A DNA stretch of 64,000 bases from Pseudomonadales bacterium (GCA_007131295.1 SLQW01000036.1:16766-80765), one strand, 5' to 3'; counted from the stretch's first letter, positions 50,077-59,987 are shown. Numbers and translations: made by a program. Notes: a model not told the origin generated them from the sequence alone.

Positions 50077-51405
50077 ATGGCCGAGGCGCCGCGCCAACGG
50101 GCGCCGAAGCGGGAAATCCTGGGCTGGGCGATGTTCGACTTCGCCAACCAGGCTTATACGCTGCTCATCATCACCGTCGTCTTCGGCGATCTCTTCACAC
50201 GCGTCATTGTTGGCGATGGGCCTGACTATCGCCTCGGCAATTTCCTCTGGAGTCTCGCGCTCTCCATCAGTTACCTGATGGTGGTCGCGACCGCGCCCGT
50301 GGTTGGTGCGGTGGTTGACCGCACGGCACGGCGCAAGCAGTTTCTGTTCGCAACCTACCTGCTTTGCGTGGTCACCACGGCCATGCTCTGGCTGGTGGAG
50401 CCAGGACTGATCCTGCTCGGTGTCGTGCTCCTGGTGATCTCCAATTTCGCATACGCGCTCGGTGAGACGCTCATTGCGAGCTTCCTGCCGAGCCTCGGAC
50501 CGCCGGAAGATCTCGGTAAGATTTCCGGTTTCGGTTGGTCGCTCGGCTACGTTGGTGGGATGTTCTCGGCGATCTTCGTGCTGCTGGTTCTCGGGGACGT
50601 CAGCGCCGAGAACTACGAGCGCATCCGCTGGGTGGGTCCCTGGGCTGCTTTCTTCTTTTTCATCGCTGCAATTCCGACCTTCGTGTGGGTGCGTGAACCT
50701 TGGGTCCCGGCGTCACGGCTTGCCAGCGGCAGCTATCTGCGCGCCGGCATGAGGCAGGTGCGGTCGACGCTCACCCACCTCGAAGCGCATCGTGACCTGG
50801 CCGTGCTCATGCTCTCGGTGTTTTTCGCCATGAGCGGCATCAACATCATCATCGCCTATTCATTCATCTATGGATCGCAGGTGATCGGCTGGGACGAACA
50901 GGTACGCACCCTGATGTTCGTGATCGTACAGATCACCGCCGCAGTCGGCGCAGTGAGTTTCGGGCTGCTGCAGGATCGCCTTGGCGCGGTGCGGACTTAT
51001 CGCATCACCCTCACGCTTTGGATGCTCGCCATCGCGCTGATCTGGGCTACGCCGCTTCTGGTCGACGGCCTTGCGCGCTTCGCGGGCGTTCATTGGGAGG
51101 CACAGTACGTCTTCTTAGTGGTGGGCTCCGTAGCCGGCATGAGCCTCGGGTCCTGTCAGTCCGCTGCCCGCACGCTGGTCGGCTTGTTCTCGCCCTTGGC
51201 GCGCACAGCCGAGTTCTTCGGCTTCTGGGGACTCTCGGTGCGTCTCGCCAGCGTCTTCGGCCTGCTCGCCATCGGCCTGCTGCAGACTCTGGTCGGCCTG
51301 CACATGGCGATCCTGTTCTGTCTGCTGCTGTTCGCGGCGGCCTGGCGGATTGCGGCCCGGATCGACGAGCGGCGTGGTCGTCTCGCCGCCGGGGCCGTCA
51401 GCTGA
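50077..51405 (+). CDS. MFS transporter, UMF1/Atg22-like family
   Basis: 12-TM-type protein. The N-terminal ILGWAMFDFANQAYTLLIITVVF is characteristic of the UMF1/Atg22 group. Confidence 0.8.
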   Translation: MAEAPRQRAPKREILGWAMFDFANQAYTLLIITVVFGDLFTRVIVGDGPDYRLGNFLWSLALSISYLMVVATAPVVGAVVDRTARRKQFLFATYLLCVVTTAMLWLVEPGLILLGVVLLVISNFAYALGETLIASFLPSLGPPEDLGKISGFGWSLGYVGGMFSAIFVLLVLGDVSAENYERIRWVGPWAAFFFFIAAIPTFVWVREPWVPASRLASGSYLRAGMRQVRSTLTHLEAHRDLAVLMLSVFFAMSGINIIIAYSFIYGSQVIGWDEQVRTLMFVIVQITAAVGAVSFGLLQDRLGAVRTYRITLTLWMLAIALIWATPLLVDGLARFAGVHWEAQYVFLVVGSVAGMSLGSCQSAARTLVGLFSPLARTAEFFGFWGLSVRLASVFGLLAIGLLQTLVGLHMAILFCLLLFAAAWRIAARIDERRGRLAAGAVS

Positions 51406-52177
51406 CGGACGGGCCCAGACTGTCGGACGCTGTGGTTCCGCGGGCGCCTCGCCATCTGTCCGTTGCTTCGACCCACGTCAGCAGGCGGGTGAACGCTTCC
51501 CACTCCTGCTGGTCTCTACCGCGGGGCAGCTCGAACAGGCCGTCGCCTACTTCCGCCGCACGCACATAGCCCTGCAGATCGCGGAAGGTAGCGACGAAGG
51601 GAATGCGCAGTGAGCGCAGGAAGCGCTCGAGTTTCTGGAACACGACGGTGTTGCGGCGTACCCGATTCGCCACTACCGCCAGCGGAATGGGGCGCTGGCG
51701 ATACTGTCGATCTAGCAACAGGTCGCCAATGAAGCGGGCGCCGGCCTTGATGTCGATGGAAGACGGCAGCACGGGAATCAGAATCCGATCGGCCTCACCG
51801 AGCCAGCGCCCGAAGTCGGATGCGGACAGGGCTGCGGGCGTATCGATCACCACGCGACGGGCCGAGAACGCCAGGCGCATCTGGAAGGTCCGCGTGGTGT
51901 GCCCGGCGCTGGCCTCCTTCCAGGGAGCGATGCCCTGAATGGCAGGGCGCGATTCGTCGCGCGCCTTCAGCCATTGGCTCGACGAGCCCTGGGGATCGTG
52001 ATCAACGAGTGCCGTATCCACCGCCATGGACGCATACAGTGCGGCCAGGTTGGTGGCGAGCGTGGTCTTGCCGCAGCCGCCCTTGGCGTTCACCACCAGG
52101 ATGCGGCGCTGTTCCGGCGCCAGGTCCGGAAGGCTGCGAGGCGATGCCCTGGCACCCGCGTCCCCTATCGGTTTCAT
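51398..52177 (-). CDS. ParA/MinD-family P-loop ATPase (orphan, no ParB seen)
   Basis: From ORF 51398..52297, trimmed to the ATG at 52177, which overlaps the dsbB stop (ATGA). It carries the deviant Walker A VVNAKGGCGKTTLATNLA, then DHDPQGS, then VIDTPA. Confidence 0.8.
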   Translation of the reverse strand: MKPIGDAGARASPRSLPDLAPEQRRILVVNAKGGCGKTTLATNLAALYASMAVDTALVDHDPQGSSSQWLKARDESRPAIQGIAPWKEASAGHTTRTFQMRLAFSARRVVIDTPAALSASDFGRWLGEADRILIPVLPSSIDIKAGARFIGDLLLDRQYRQRPIPLAVVANRVRRNTVVFQKLERFLRSLRIPFVATFRDLQGYVRAAEVGDGLFELPRGRDQQEWEAFTRLLTWVEATDRWRGARGTTASDSLGPSVS

Positions 52178-52671
52178 CCGGCTCGACCCGCGCCCGCCCC
52201 CCTGAACGCGAGCACGGCGGCGACGACGAACGCGACGAAGGCGGCCAGGACCCAGGCGGGAATGGAGAGACCCAAAACAGGATGCACTTCCGCGCAATCA
52301 CCGGTCCCGACGGTCATGGCGTGAAGGACGTCTCTGAAGGGAAATACCTCCAGCATGTAGTACAGGTCAGGTCCGCAGGCGGGAACCTGGTCTTCAGGTA
52401 GGCTCTGCAGCCAGAGCTGACGTATGGAGAAGCCGCTGCCCACGAGCGCAGCCACCGTCACAAGGCCTGCCCATATTCGATAGCCGCTGCCCTGAATCGC
52501 TGCAGCCAAAGCGAGCAGGCCGGCGACGCCCACCCAGATCCGTTGCATCATGCACAGCGGACAAGGCACCAGGCCCATGCGATGTTCCAGAAAGAACGCT
52601 GCGGCGAGCAGCACTGCCGCGGCAACCGCCATGGCGGTGAACAGCGTGCGTGGCGCCAGCAGATTTTCCAT
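52174..52671 (-). CDS. dsbB: Disulfide bond formation protein B
   Basis: Four TM segments. The first periplasmic loop carries CPLC (LVPCPLCMMQR). The second cysteine pair is in PACGPD and GDCAEV, as in E. coli DsbB. Confidence 0.88.
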   Translation of the reverse strand: MENLLAPRTLFTAMAVAAAVLLAAAFFLEHRMGLVPCPLCMMQRIWVGVAGLLALAAAIQGSGYRIWAGLVTVAALVGSGFSIRQLWLQSLPEDQVPACGPDLYYMLEVFPFRDVLHAMTVGTGDCAEVHPVLGLSIPAWVLAAFVAFVVAAVLAFRGAGAGRAG

Positions 52672-52674
52672 AGC

Positions 52675-53658
52675 TCAGTCCTCCGCGACCCGAACCACGA
52701 CCTTGCCGATGGCCTGGCGTTCCGTGAGACAGCGAAGCGCCGATGCGTATTCCTCTAAGGCATACACGCGGGATACCTTCGGGTGAATCTTGCCGGCCGT
52801 GAACATGGCGCGCAGCTCCTCCCAGTTGCGAGTATTCTCGTCTGGCTCGCGAGTTGCGAAGGAACCGTAGAATACACCGACCACCTGGCAGCCCTTGAGC
52901 AGGATAAGGTTGGTCGGGACCTTCGGGATGTCTCCGCCGACGAAGCCGACGATCAGTACCCGGCCCTTCCAGTTGATGCAGCGCATACACTGGTCGAACA
53001 GCGGGCCGCCGACGGGATCATAGATGACATCGGCACCGTTACCGTCGGTGAGTGCCTTGACCTTTTCCTTGAGTTCACCGTCGCTGTAGTCGATGCACTG
53101 ATCTGCACCCGCTGCCTGCGCGGCATCGAGTTTCTCTCTCGAGCTTGCGGCGGCGATCACACGTGCGCCCATGGCGTGGCCGAGTTCCACTGCTGCGAGG
53201 CCGACCCCGCCGCCGGCGCCCAGAACGAGGAGGGTCTCGCCCGGCGCGAGCTCAGCGCGCTGTTTGAGTGCGTGGTAGCTCGTACCGTAGGTCGTGCCCC
53301 AGGCCGCAGCCGTCACCATGTCCATTCCGTCAGGAATGGGTCGCAGACCCGTAGCGGGCAGGACGATCTGCTCGGCCAAGCCGCCATGGCCGCCGCCGCC
53401 GCTGACGCGGTCGCCCACCGCGACGCCGGTCACACCGCTTCCCACTTCGAGTACCGTTCCCGAGAGTTCTCCTCCGGGTGAGAAGGGAAACTCGGGTTTG
53501 AACTGGTACTTGCCCTCGATCATCAGACAGTCGGGAAAGTTGATACCTACGGCCTGCACACCGATGCGGACCTGACCCGGACCGCAAGCAGGTTCAGGAA
53601 CTTCTTCAAGGACTAGTGACTCGGGTGGTCCGTAGGCCTTACAAAGGACGGCTTTCAT
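52675..53658 (-). CDS. NADPH:quinone oxidoreductase (zeta-crystallin/MDR family)
   Basis: From ORF 52675..53745, trimmed to the ATG at 53658 (MKAVLCKAYGPPESLVLEEVPEP). It carries GINFPDCLMIEGKY and the nucleotide site VLGAGGGVGLAAVELG. Confidence 0.85.
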   Translation of the reverse strand: MKAVLCKAYGPPESLVLEEVPEPACGPGQVRIGVQAVGINFPDCLMIEGKYQFKPEFPFSPGGELSGTVLEVGSGVTGVAVGDRVSGGGGHGGLAEQIVLPATGLRPIPDGMDMVTAAAWGTTYGTSYHALKQRAELAPGETLLVLGAGGGVGLAAVELGHAMGARVIAAASSREKLDAAQAAGADQCIDYSDGELKEKVKALTDGNGADVIYDPVGGPLFDQCMRCINWKGRVLIVGFVGGDIPKVPTNLILLKGCQVVGVFYGSFATREPDENTRNWEELRAMFTAGKIHPKVSRVYALEEYASALRCLTERQAIGKVVVRVAED

Positions 53659-53689
53659 TGCTGCTCCAGTAAGTGGCGTTAGCCGGAGT

Positions 53690-54301
53690 CTATCCTGACC
53701 GGCGATCCGACTCACGGTCTGCCGCCTGCCGCCAGGCACGCGCATTCGCCTCTAGCATGGGTAAGAGCTCCCTGAACGCCTCTCCCAGGGGCCTCTCGAG
53801 CCGGTAAAGCGTCGGCGCCATTTCAGCGAGAGGGTTGGCGCGGCGTGCGCGCCTGGACAGATGCGTCAGCGTCCGCTCGATCGTCGCCCTATCCGCGTAT
53901 GCCGCCAGCAAATTCACTTCCGTCATGCGGTCGAGGAAGCGCTCTGCTGGATTGGTGAAGTGGGCCCGGCGGGCGTCGAGCTGGCGATAGCAACGTTCTG
54001 CGAACGGTGTCAGGGCTTCGCCCTGCCAGTGATCGAAATCCAAGGCCAGATAGTGGTCGAACAGGACATCGAGGGCGACTGGTGCCCAGCGCCGCCATGG
54101 CCGTGGAAACAGGCTCACCGCGGCGCGCATGGGCTCGGCTCGGTCGCTCGTTGCGTCGATGTGCCGGTGCAGGGCGATGCCGGCTTCGATCCGCTCGGGT
54201 CGCTTGCCTTCGAGCGGCCCGCGAACGAAGTCACCGAGGAAGCCGCCCGTCCTCAGGTCCGCATCCGAGCCGGACAGGAACAGGTGGGCGAGAAAGTTCA
54301 T
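53690..54301 (-). CDS. acpH: Acyl carrier protein phosphodiesterase
   Basis: MNFLAHLFLSGSDADLRTGGFLGDFVRGPL is the hallmark AcpH (DUF479) N-terminus. The start overlaps the gshA stop (ATGA). Confidence 0.8.
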   Translation of the reverse strand: MNFLAHLFLSGSDADLRTGGFLGDFVRGPLEGKRPERIEAGIALHRHIDATSDRAEPMRAAVSLFPRPWRRWAPVALDVLFDHYLALDFDHWQGEALTPFAERCYRQLDARRAHFTNPAERFLDRMTEVNLLAAYADRATIERTLTHLSRRARRANPLAEMAPTLYRLERPLGEAFRELLPMLEANARAWRQAADRESDRRSG

Positions 54302-55893
54302 GCTGCTGGCGGTGCGCGGCCGGGAAGCAGTTCCTGATCGATGTAGCGACGGCGATAGGTCGCGAAGTCGACTTCGTCCGCGGCTTCGATCTCGACCTGA
54401 GCGCGTAATGATGCCGAGCAGGCATCCTCCATACTGGCCATTACTGCGGCATCGAGCGGTCGAGCTCGGAAGTGCTCGGCATGCCGCTCCGACGCCGACA
54501 TCGCGAATCGGAAGAAGGGAATACCGCTTGAACGCATGGTCTCGAGAATGCGCGCGCTCGGTGTCCGCCCCGGGTCTGCTACGCGTGCAAGCTGCTCGGT
54601 CACGGCGTCGCTGCAGGCGGATCCGCCTCTGGCCGCGTCCAGCGCACCGGCGGTCTTGCGGCAGGCTTCGAGGATTTCGCGCGCCCAGTCGTCGCGTGCC
54701 CGCAGCCGACCACCATCCTCGAGTTCGAGGCCCGGCTGGCGGCCGCGATTGACGATCCGGCTCTGGTTGCGTCGCAGTGCCAGAAGCTCCTCGGGGCTGT
54801 CGGGTGGGCTGTCGCTAAGGAGACAGTGAAGCAGGAAAGCATCGAGAAAGCGGATGCTCGTGGCATCGATTCCGAGCGGCAGGAAAGGATCGAGGTCCAT
54901 GCAGCGAACTTCGACGTATTCCACGCCGCGCTCGCCGAGCGCATGCAGCGGACGCTCGCCGGGGCGGATGCTGCGCTTGGGGCGGATCGTGCCGTAGAAC
55001 TCGTTTTCGATCTGCAGCAGGCTGGTCGAGAGCTGCTGGAACTCACCGTCGACTTCGAGGCCGATCCGTTCGTAGGCCGGATACGAGCGCGTCAGGGCAT
55101 CGCGCAGGGTCAGCGCATACTCCTCCAGGCCGTTGTAGCTCACCTGCAGCTCAGACTGGGCGTCGCTCTGGTAGCCGAGTCCGCCCATGCGCAGGCTGGT
55201 GGCGTAGGGCAAGTAGAGACTGCCTTCGTCGAAGGACTCGAGGTCATGATCGCGGCCCGCCAGAAAGGACTTGCATACGGCGGGCGATGCGCCGAACAGA
55301 TACAGGAGCAGCCAGGAGTGGCGGCGGAAATTGCGGATCAGGGCGAAGTAGGCTTCCGTGCGTAGCGCCTGATTGTCGCCGCCGCGCCCGGTGGTCTCGG
55401 CATACCAGGGCCAGAAGTCTTCTGGTAGCGAAAAGTTGTAGTGGATGCCGGAAATCGTCTGCATCAGGCGGCCGTAGCGGTGGCCGAGCCCACGCCGATA
55501 GACCGTCTTGGCCATACCGACGTTGGAGCTGCCGAAACTGGCAATAGGAATACCCGCATCGGCTCTCAGTACGCATGGCATGCTGGCCGCCCAGAGAATT
55601 TCATCGCCGATGACGGCGTAAATGAAACGGTGAATCTCGTCGAGCTGTTCGAGGCACGCTTCGGTGGTGTCGAACACGCCGGTGATCAGTTCGAGCTGCG
55701 CTTCACTGAAGTCGGTGGTGATGTGCGGATGCGTCAGTGCTGAGCCGAGGGCGCGCGGATGTGGGGTCTGCGCGAGCGCGCCGTCCGGCGCGACGCGCAG
55801 GCTCTCCTTCTCGATGCCGCGGCGCATGCCGCGAACGGCCGCCGCGCCTGCGTCGGTCGCGAGTGCTTGATAGAGCGCCGAGGATGGTTTCAC
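54298..55893 (-). CDS. gshA: Glutamate--cysteine ligase (gamma-proteobacterial type)
   Basis: MRRGIEKESLRV, SGIHYNFSLP and ENEFYGTIRPKR. The start was chosen at GTG 55893, 11 nt after AAGGAG. The longest ORF starts at GTG 55935. Confidence 0.9.
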   Translation of the reverse strand: MKPSSALYQALATDAGAAAVRGMRRGIEKESLRVAPDGALAQTPHPRALGSALTHPHITTDFSEAQLELITGVFDTTEACLEQLDEIHRFIYAVIGDEILWAASMPCVLRADAGIPIASFGSSNVGMAKTVYRRGLGHRYGRLMQTISGIHYNFSLPEDFWPWYAETTGRGGDNQALRTEAYFALIRNFRRHSWLLLYLFGASPAVCKSFLAGRDHDLESFDEGSLYLPYATSLRMGGLGYQSDAQSELQVSYNGLEEYALTLRDALTRSYPAYERIGLEVDGEFQQLSTSLLQIENEFYGTIRPKRSIRPGERPLHALGERGVEYVEVRCMDLDPFLPLGIDATSIRFLDAFLLHCLLSDSPPDSPEELLALRRNQSRIVNRGRQPGLELEDGGRLRARDDWAREILEACRKTAGALDAARGGSACSDAVTEQLARVADPGRTPSARILETMRSSGIPFFRFAMSASERHAEHFRARPLDAAVMASMEDACSASLRAQVEIEAADEVDFATYRRRYIDQELLPGRAPPAA

Positions 55894-56019
55894 GAGCGCA
55901 GGCACTCCTTCGGACAATCGCCTTCTGTCAGGCACAAGGCCTGCAGTTGGGGGGAGATTATCAGGAAGCCCGAGATGGCGTCAGCGGCGGACGGGCGCAT
56001 GCGGCGCCCGCTGCGGCCG

Positions 56020-57582
56020 TCAGTCGCTTCGCGGACCCGCTGCGGCGATCTCCGGTGCTACGTCGAAGCGCTCGAAGTTGGCCACGAACTTTTCGGCCAG
56101 CTTGCGTGCCGCGTCGTCGTAGGCGCTCTTGTCGCTCCAGGCCTCGCGCGGATCGAGGTAGGATGAATCTACACCCGGCACCGCGGTCGGAATCTCGAGT
56201 CCGAAGCGCTCGAGGGTCCGGGTTTCGACACCCTCCAGAGCCCCGGACTGAATGGCACTGACGACGGCCCGCGTGACCGGGATCGGGAAACGCTTGCCGA
56301 CACCGTGGCCACCACCCGTCCACCCGGTATTGACCAGATACACCTTCGAGCCGAAGGCCTCCATGCGTTTCATCAGGAGGTCGGCATAGACGCCCGCCGG
56401 GCGCGGAAAGAACGGTGCGCCGAAACAGGTGGAGAATGTCGCTCGGTAGGGTTCGGTAGAGCCGACCTCGGTGGAGCCGACGGCGGCCGTGTACCCGGAC
56501 AGGAAGTGGTAGGCCGCTGCTTCCTTGGTAAGGATGGAAACCGGCGGCAGCACCCCGGAAACGTCGCAGGTCAGGAAGATGATGGCGCGCGGTTCGCCGG
56601 CACGGTTTTCCTCTGCGCGCAGGGTGATGTGCTCGCGCGGATAGCAGGCGCGGGTGTTTTCGGTAAGTGAGCTGTCGGCGTAGTCGGGCTCACGCGTATC
56701 CGGGTCGATGACCACGTTCTCGACGATGCTGCCGAAGCGGATCGCGTCCCAGATCACCGGTTCGTTCTCTTGGCTGAGATCGATGCACTTGGCGTAGCAG
56801 CCGCCTTCGATGTTGAAGACAGAGCCGGGCCCCCAGCCGTGCTCGTCGTCACCGATGAGCAGCCGGTTCGGATCCGCCGACAGCGTCGTCTTGCCAGTCC
56901 CGGACAGACCGAAGAACAGGCAGACGTCACCGTCCTCGCCGACGTTCGCGGCACAGTGCATAGGCAGAACGTCTTTTTCCGGGAGCAGAAAGTTCTGCAC
57001 CGCGAACATGGACTTCTTCATTTCTCCGGCGTAGCGCATGCCCGCGAGCAGGACCTTGCGCTCGGCAAAGTTCAGCATCACGGTGCCGTCGCTGCGGGTG
57101 CCATCGCGCTCGGGGTCGCAGACGAATCCCGGGGCGCTGAGAATCTGCCAGCTTTCGCGCGCGGACGGATTGAAGCTCTCCGGGCGGATGAACAGCAGGC
57201 GTGCAAACATGTTGTGCCATGCCGTCTCGGTGGTGACCGTGATAGGCAGGTAGTGCTCGGGGTCGGCGCCCACGTGCAGCGAAGAGACGAAGTTGTCGCG
57301 CTCGGCCATGTAGGCCTCGACCCGCTGCCACAGGGCGCTGAACACTTCAGGGCTGACCGGGCGGTTGACGGCACCCCAGTCGATGGCGGCGCTCGACCCC
57401 GGCTCGTCGACCACGAAACGATCCATCGGCGATCGCCCGGTGCGCTTGCCGGTACGGACCACGAGGGCGCCGTTACTGGCGAACTCGCCCTCACCACGGA
57501 GAATGGCCAGTTCCGCCAGATGAGCCACGGCCAGGTCCTGATAGACCGTCCGACGCGGGCGCTTGTCGATGTCCAATGCCAT
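56020..57582 (-). CDS. pckA: Phosphoenolpyruvate carboxykinase (ATP)
   Basis: Kinase-1a loop [13 protein letters not shown], plus [17 protein letters not shown] and [10 protein letters not shown]. The start was chosen at ATG 57582. The ORF in the track begins at an upstream TTG at 57603. Confidence 0.92.
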   Translation of the reverse strand: MALDIDKRPRRTVYQDLAVAHLAELAILRGEGEFASNGALVVRTGKRTGRSPMDRFVVDEPGSSAAIDWGAVNRPVSPEVFSALWQRVEAYMAERDNFVSSLHVGADPEHYLPITVTTETAWHNMFARLLFIRPESFNPSARESWQILSAPGFVCDPERDGTRSDGTVMLNFAERKVLLAGMRYAGEMKKSMFAVQNFLLPEKDVLPMHCAANVGEDGDVCLFFGLSGTGKTTLSADPNRLLIGDDEHGWGPGSVFNIEGGCYAKCIDLSQENEPVIWDAIRFGSIVENVVIDPDTREPDYADSSLTENTRACYPREHITLRAEENRAGEPRAIIFLTCDVSGVLPPVSILTKEAAAYHFLSGYTAAVGSTEVGSTEPYRATFSTCFGAPFFPRPAGVYADLLMKRMEAFGSKVYLVNTGWTGGGHGVGKRFPIPVTRAVVSAIQSGALEGVETRTLERFGLEIPTAVPGVDSSYLDPREAWSDKSAYDDAARKLAEKFVANFERFDVAPEIAAAGPRSD

Positions 57583-57793
57583 GTTCGATGTCCGTCCCTT
57601 CAATGCCCGGGAGAAAACCTCCGGGGCGGTTGCAACCTAACACGGGCCTGCCGAAGAACACACCGCGCGAGGCGTGGATGCAGGTGCTGCTCCGACAAGC
57701 GTTTCGCGACTCGAGGCAGGCGGTCTGCGCGCAGGAGTGCGCCCGCAAAAGGGCCGCGAATTATGCCAGACCGAACACACCCGCGCGACCGGA

Positions 57794-58726
57794 TCAATGC
57801 ACCTGATCGTCACCCGGAGCCGCTGCGGCGTGCACGGCGGCCACGTCGACTCGATCGAATCGATATACGCTATGGCAGAACTGGCACTCCATGCGGATTT
57901 CCCCCTGCTCATCGAGGATGTCCTCGAGCTCGGTGAGCGGCATGGCACGCAGCGCCTCGCGGGTGCGGTCACGGCTGCAGGAGCATGCGAACTCCAGACT
58001 CTGCGGGCGCTGCAAGGCCACTGTTTCTTCGAAGAAAAGGCGGCTCAGCAGGCGCTCCCCGGGAAGGTTCCGGAGTTCGGTTTCGCTTACAGTGTCCGCC
58101 AGCAGCGTGATGCGCCCGAAGTCTTCCTCCCGCCGTCGTTCACCGTGGTCATGGTGAGCGAGCTCCGGTGGCAGGGCCTGAATCAGCATGCCGGCGCTGC
58201 GATCGCCCTCGGTGGACAGCCAGATCCGGGTGGGAATCTGCTCGCTCTGGGCGAAGTAACCCTCGAGCGCCTCGGCGATGCTGCTGCCATCGAGCGGCAC
58301 GATGCCCTGGTACGGCTCACCGATCCGGTCGCCGAGCTCGGGCCGGATGGTGATGGTAACGAGGCCCTTGCCGAGGATGCCCGTGCCCGGCGCTGCCTCG
58401 AGGGCTTCCGCGTCGCGGATGCGGGCGATACCACGGAGCTGTGAACGGTCACGGCATTCGGCCATGACGGCGGCCAGCGGTCCGTCGCCCGTGGCCTGAA
58501 CGGTTATCGTCCCCTGGACCTTGACGATGCTGGCGAGCAGCGCGGTGGCGGTGAGCAGCTCGCCGAGCAGGCGCTCGACCGGCTCGGGATAGCGATGCGC
58601 ACTGCGTACCGAGGCCCAGGCAGAATCGAGTCGTGCCAGCGCGCCGCGGATGTCGAGCTCCTCGAACAGGAAGCGCTGCAGACGGTCCTCATCGGCGTTG
58701 GCGGGTGGCGAAGTTGCAGGGTTCAT
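57794..58726 (-). CDS. hslO: Hsp33 family redox-regulated chaperone
   Basis: LQRFLFEELDIRGALARL at the N-terminus. The C-terminal zinc/redox switch cysteines are FACSCSRDR ... CQFCHSVYRF. Confidence 0.92.
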   Translation of the reverse strand: MNPATSPPANADEDRLQRFLFEELDIRGALARLDSAWASVRSAHRYPEPVERLLGELLTATALLASIVKVQGTITVQATGDGPLAAVMAECRDRSQLRGIARIRDAEALEAAPGTGILGKGLVTITIRPELGDRIGEPYQGIVPLDGSSIAEALEGYFAQSEQIPTRIWLSTEGDRSAGMLIQALPPELAHHDHGERRREEDFGRITLLADTVSETELRNLPGERLLSRLFFEETVALQRPQSLEFACSCSRDRTREALRAMPLTELEDILDEQGEIRMECQFCHSVYRFDRVDVAAVHAAAAPGDDQVH

Positions 58727-58787
58727 GATGCGTTCGGGTGTCCTTTCCGGAGATGATCGAAGAGCCAGCCGTGCCGCGGGTGGCCGC

Positions 58788-58850
58788 GCTAGCCGCCGCG
58801 CTAGCCGCCGCGCTAGCCGCCGCGCTAGGCGCCCCGCTAGCCGCCGCGCT
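58788..58850. repeat. 12-bp tandem repeat (gctagccgccgc, about 5 copies, one degenerate) spanning the hslR stop codon and part of the hslR-hslO spacer
   Basis: Units lie at 58788-58799, 58800-58811, 58812-58823, 58824-58835 (gctaggcgcccc) and 58836-47, with a partial sixth unit. Each perfect unit contains the palindrome GCTAGC. The hslR TAG stop lies in the fifth unit. Confidence 0.9.
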
Positions 58851-59238
58851 TTACACGCTCGAGGGCGCGGCGGTCGCGACGGTCGGGTCGCTGCTGCGGC
58901 AATTGCATGGCCTCACGCTGGGCTCGGCGACGGGCTGCCGCTTCAGTGCGTGCCGTCAGGCTGGCTTCGGTTTCCCGATACAAGCCGGCAGCCTCGGGCG
59001 CGCCGCGGCGTTCCTCCGAAAGGGCAATGACTTCCAGGGTGAATTCGTCGTCACCGCGCCTCACTCGGAGCATGCTGCCCACGCCGATTTCTTTCGCTGG
59101 CTTCGCCCGCTGCCCGTCCGCCTGCACCTTGCCGCCAACGATTGCGGCCTTGGCCTTGGCGCGGGTGCGGAAGAGGCGCGCGGCCCATAGCCACTTATCC
59201 AAGCGCACCCGCTCCAGCGTTGCCGTCTCGGAGCCCAT
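58837..59238 (-). CDS. hslR: Ribosome-associated heat shock protein Hsp15 (S4 RNA-binding domain)
   Basis: VRLDKWLWAARLFRTRAKAKAAIVGGKVQADGQRAKPAKEI and a basic C-terminal tail. The start overlaps the yrfG stop by 1 nt. Confidence 0.9.
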   Translation of the reverse strand: MGSETATLERVRLDKWLWAARLFRTRAKAKAAIVGGKVQADGQRAKPAKEIGVGSMLRVRRGDDEFTLEVIALSEERRGAPEAAGLYRETEASLTARTEAAARRRAQREAMQLPQQRPDRRDRRALERVKRGG

Positions 59239-59915
59239 CAGCAGGCCTCGCGCGCCAGCGGCGCGATGGGCTGCAGCAGGGCGAAATCCTCCAGTGCGCG
59301 GTACCGCGCGCTTTCCAAGCGCTCGCCGCCGGAGTCGGGCTCGGCAACGGCGAGGAGGTGCGCGATGCCGAATGCTTCGGCCGCAGTCAGCGCATCGATG
59401 TTGTCGTCCACCAGCAGGGTCTTCGCAGGATCGAACCGGAGCCGTTGGTGAACCGTGGACCAGAACCGCTCTTCCTCCTTCGGCAGGCGGTGATCGTGCG
59501 CACTTTCGACCGCATCCACGAGATCGATGATGCCCGTGTGGCGATGTTTGAGATCCAGGCTGGCGCGATGGGCGTTCGTCACGATGACCGCACGGCGCCC
59601 GGACTGCCGCACTGCGGCAAGAAATTCGCGAGCATTCCGGCGGTACTCGATCAGGTGGACCAGATCATCCTTCAAGCGCACGATGTCGAGACCTGTCTGC
59701 TCGCTCCACCAGTCGAGACAGTAGAACTCGAGCTTGCGCCGGCTGACGTCGAACAGCGCCTCGAGCCTCGCCTGCGCCACGGTAGGTTCAAGGCCGTGGT
59801 GGGCGGCGAAGTGCGTTGGCAGATGCTTGAGCCAGAATTGCGAGTCGAAGCGCAGATCGAGCAGCGTGCCGTCCATGTCCAGCAGGACGGTCTCGATCCG
59901 GTGCCAGTCCAGCAT
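59238..59915 (-). CDS. yrfG: HAD-superfamily hydrolase, YrfG-like GMP/IMP nucleotidase
   Basis: HAD motif I is VLLDMDGTLLDL. TNAHR and DDNIDAL are the later motifs. Its position directly upstream of hslR-hslO matches E. coli. Confidence 0.75.
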   Translation of the reverse strand: MLDWHRIETVLLDMDGTLLDLRFDSQFWLKHLPTHFAAHHGLEPTVAQARLEALFDVSRRKLEFYCLDWWSEQTGLDIVRLKDDLVHLIEYRRNAREFLAAVRQSGRRAVIVTNAHRASLDLKHRHTGIIDLVDAVESAHDHRLPKEEERFWSTVHQRLRFDPAKTLLVDDNIDALTAAEAFGIAHLLAVAEPDSGGERLESARYRALEDFALLQPIAPLAREAC

Positions 59916-59987
59916 GAAGCCATCCGGGCGTTGCGGTATCAGCTACTCCTTATAATGGCCACCTCGACCGGCTTCAAGGAGGGATGG

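Noticed and set aside
59142-59987. An N-terminal extension making the nudE ORF 471 aa.
   Set aside because: The extension is antisense to hslR and yrfG and has no motifs. The Nudix protein starts at 59988 (or 59955) after a strong SD.
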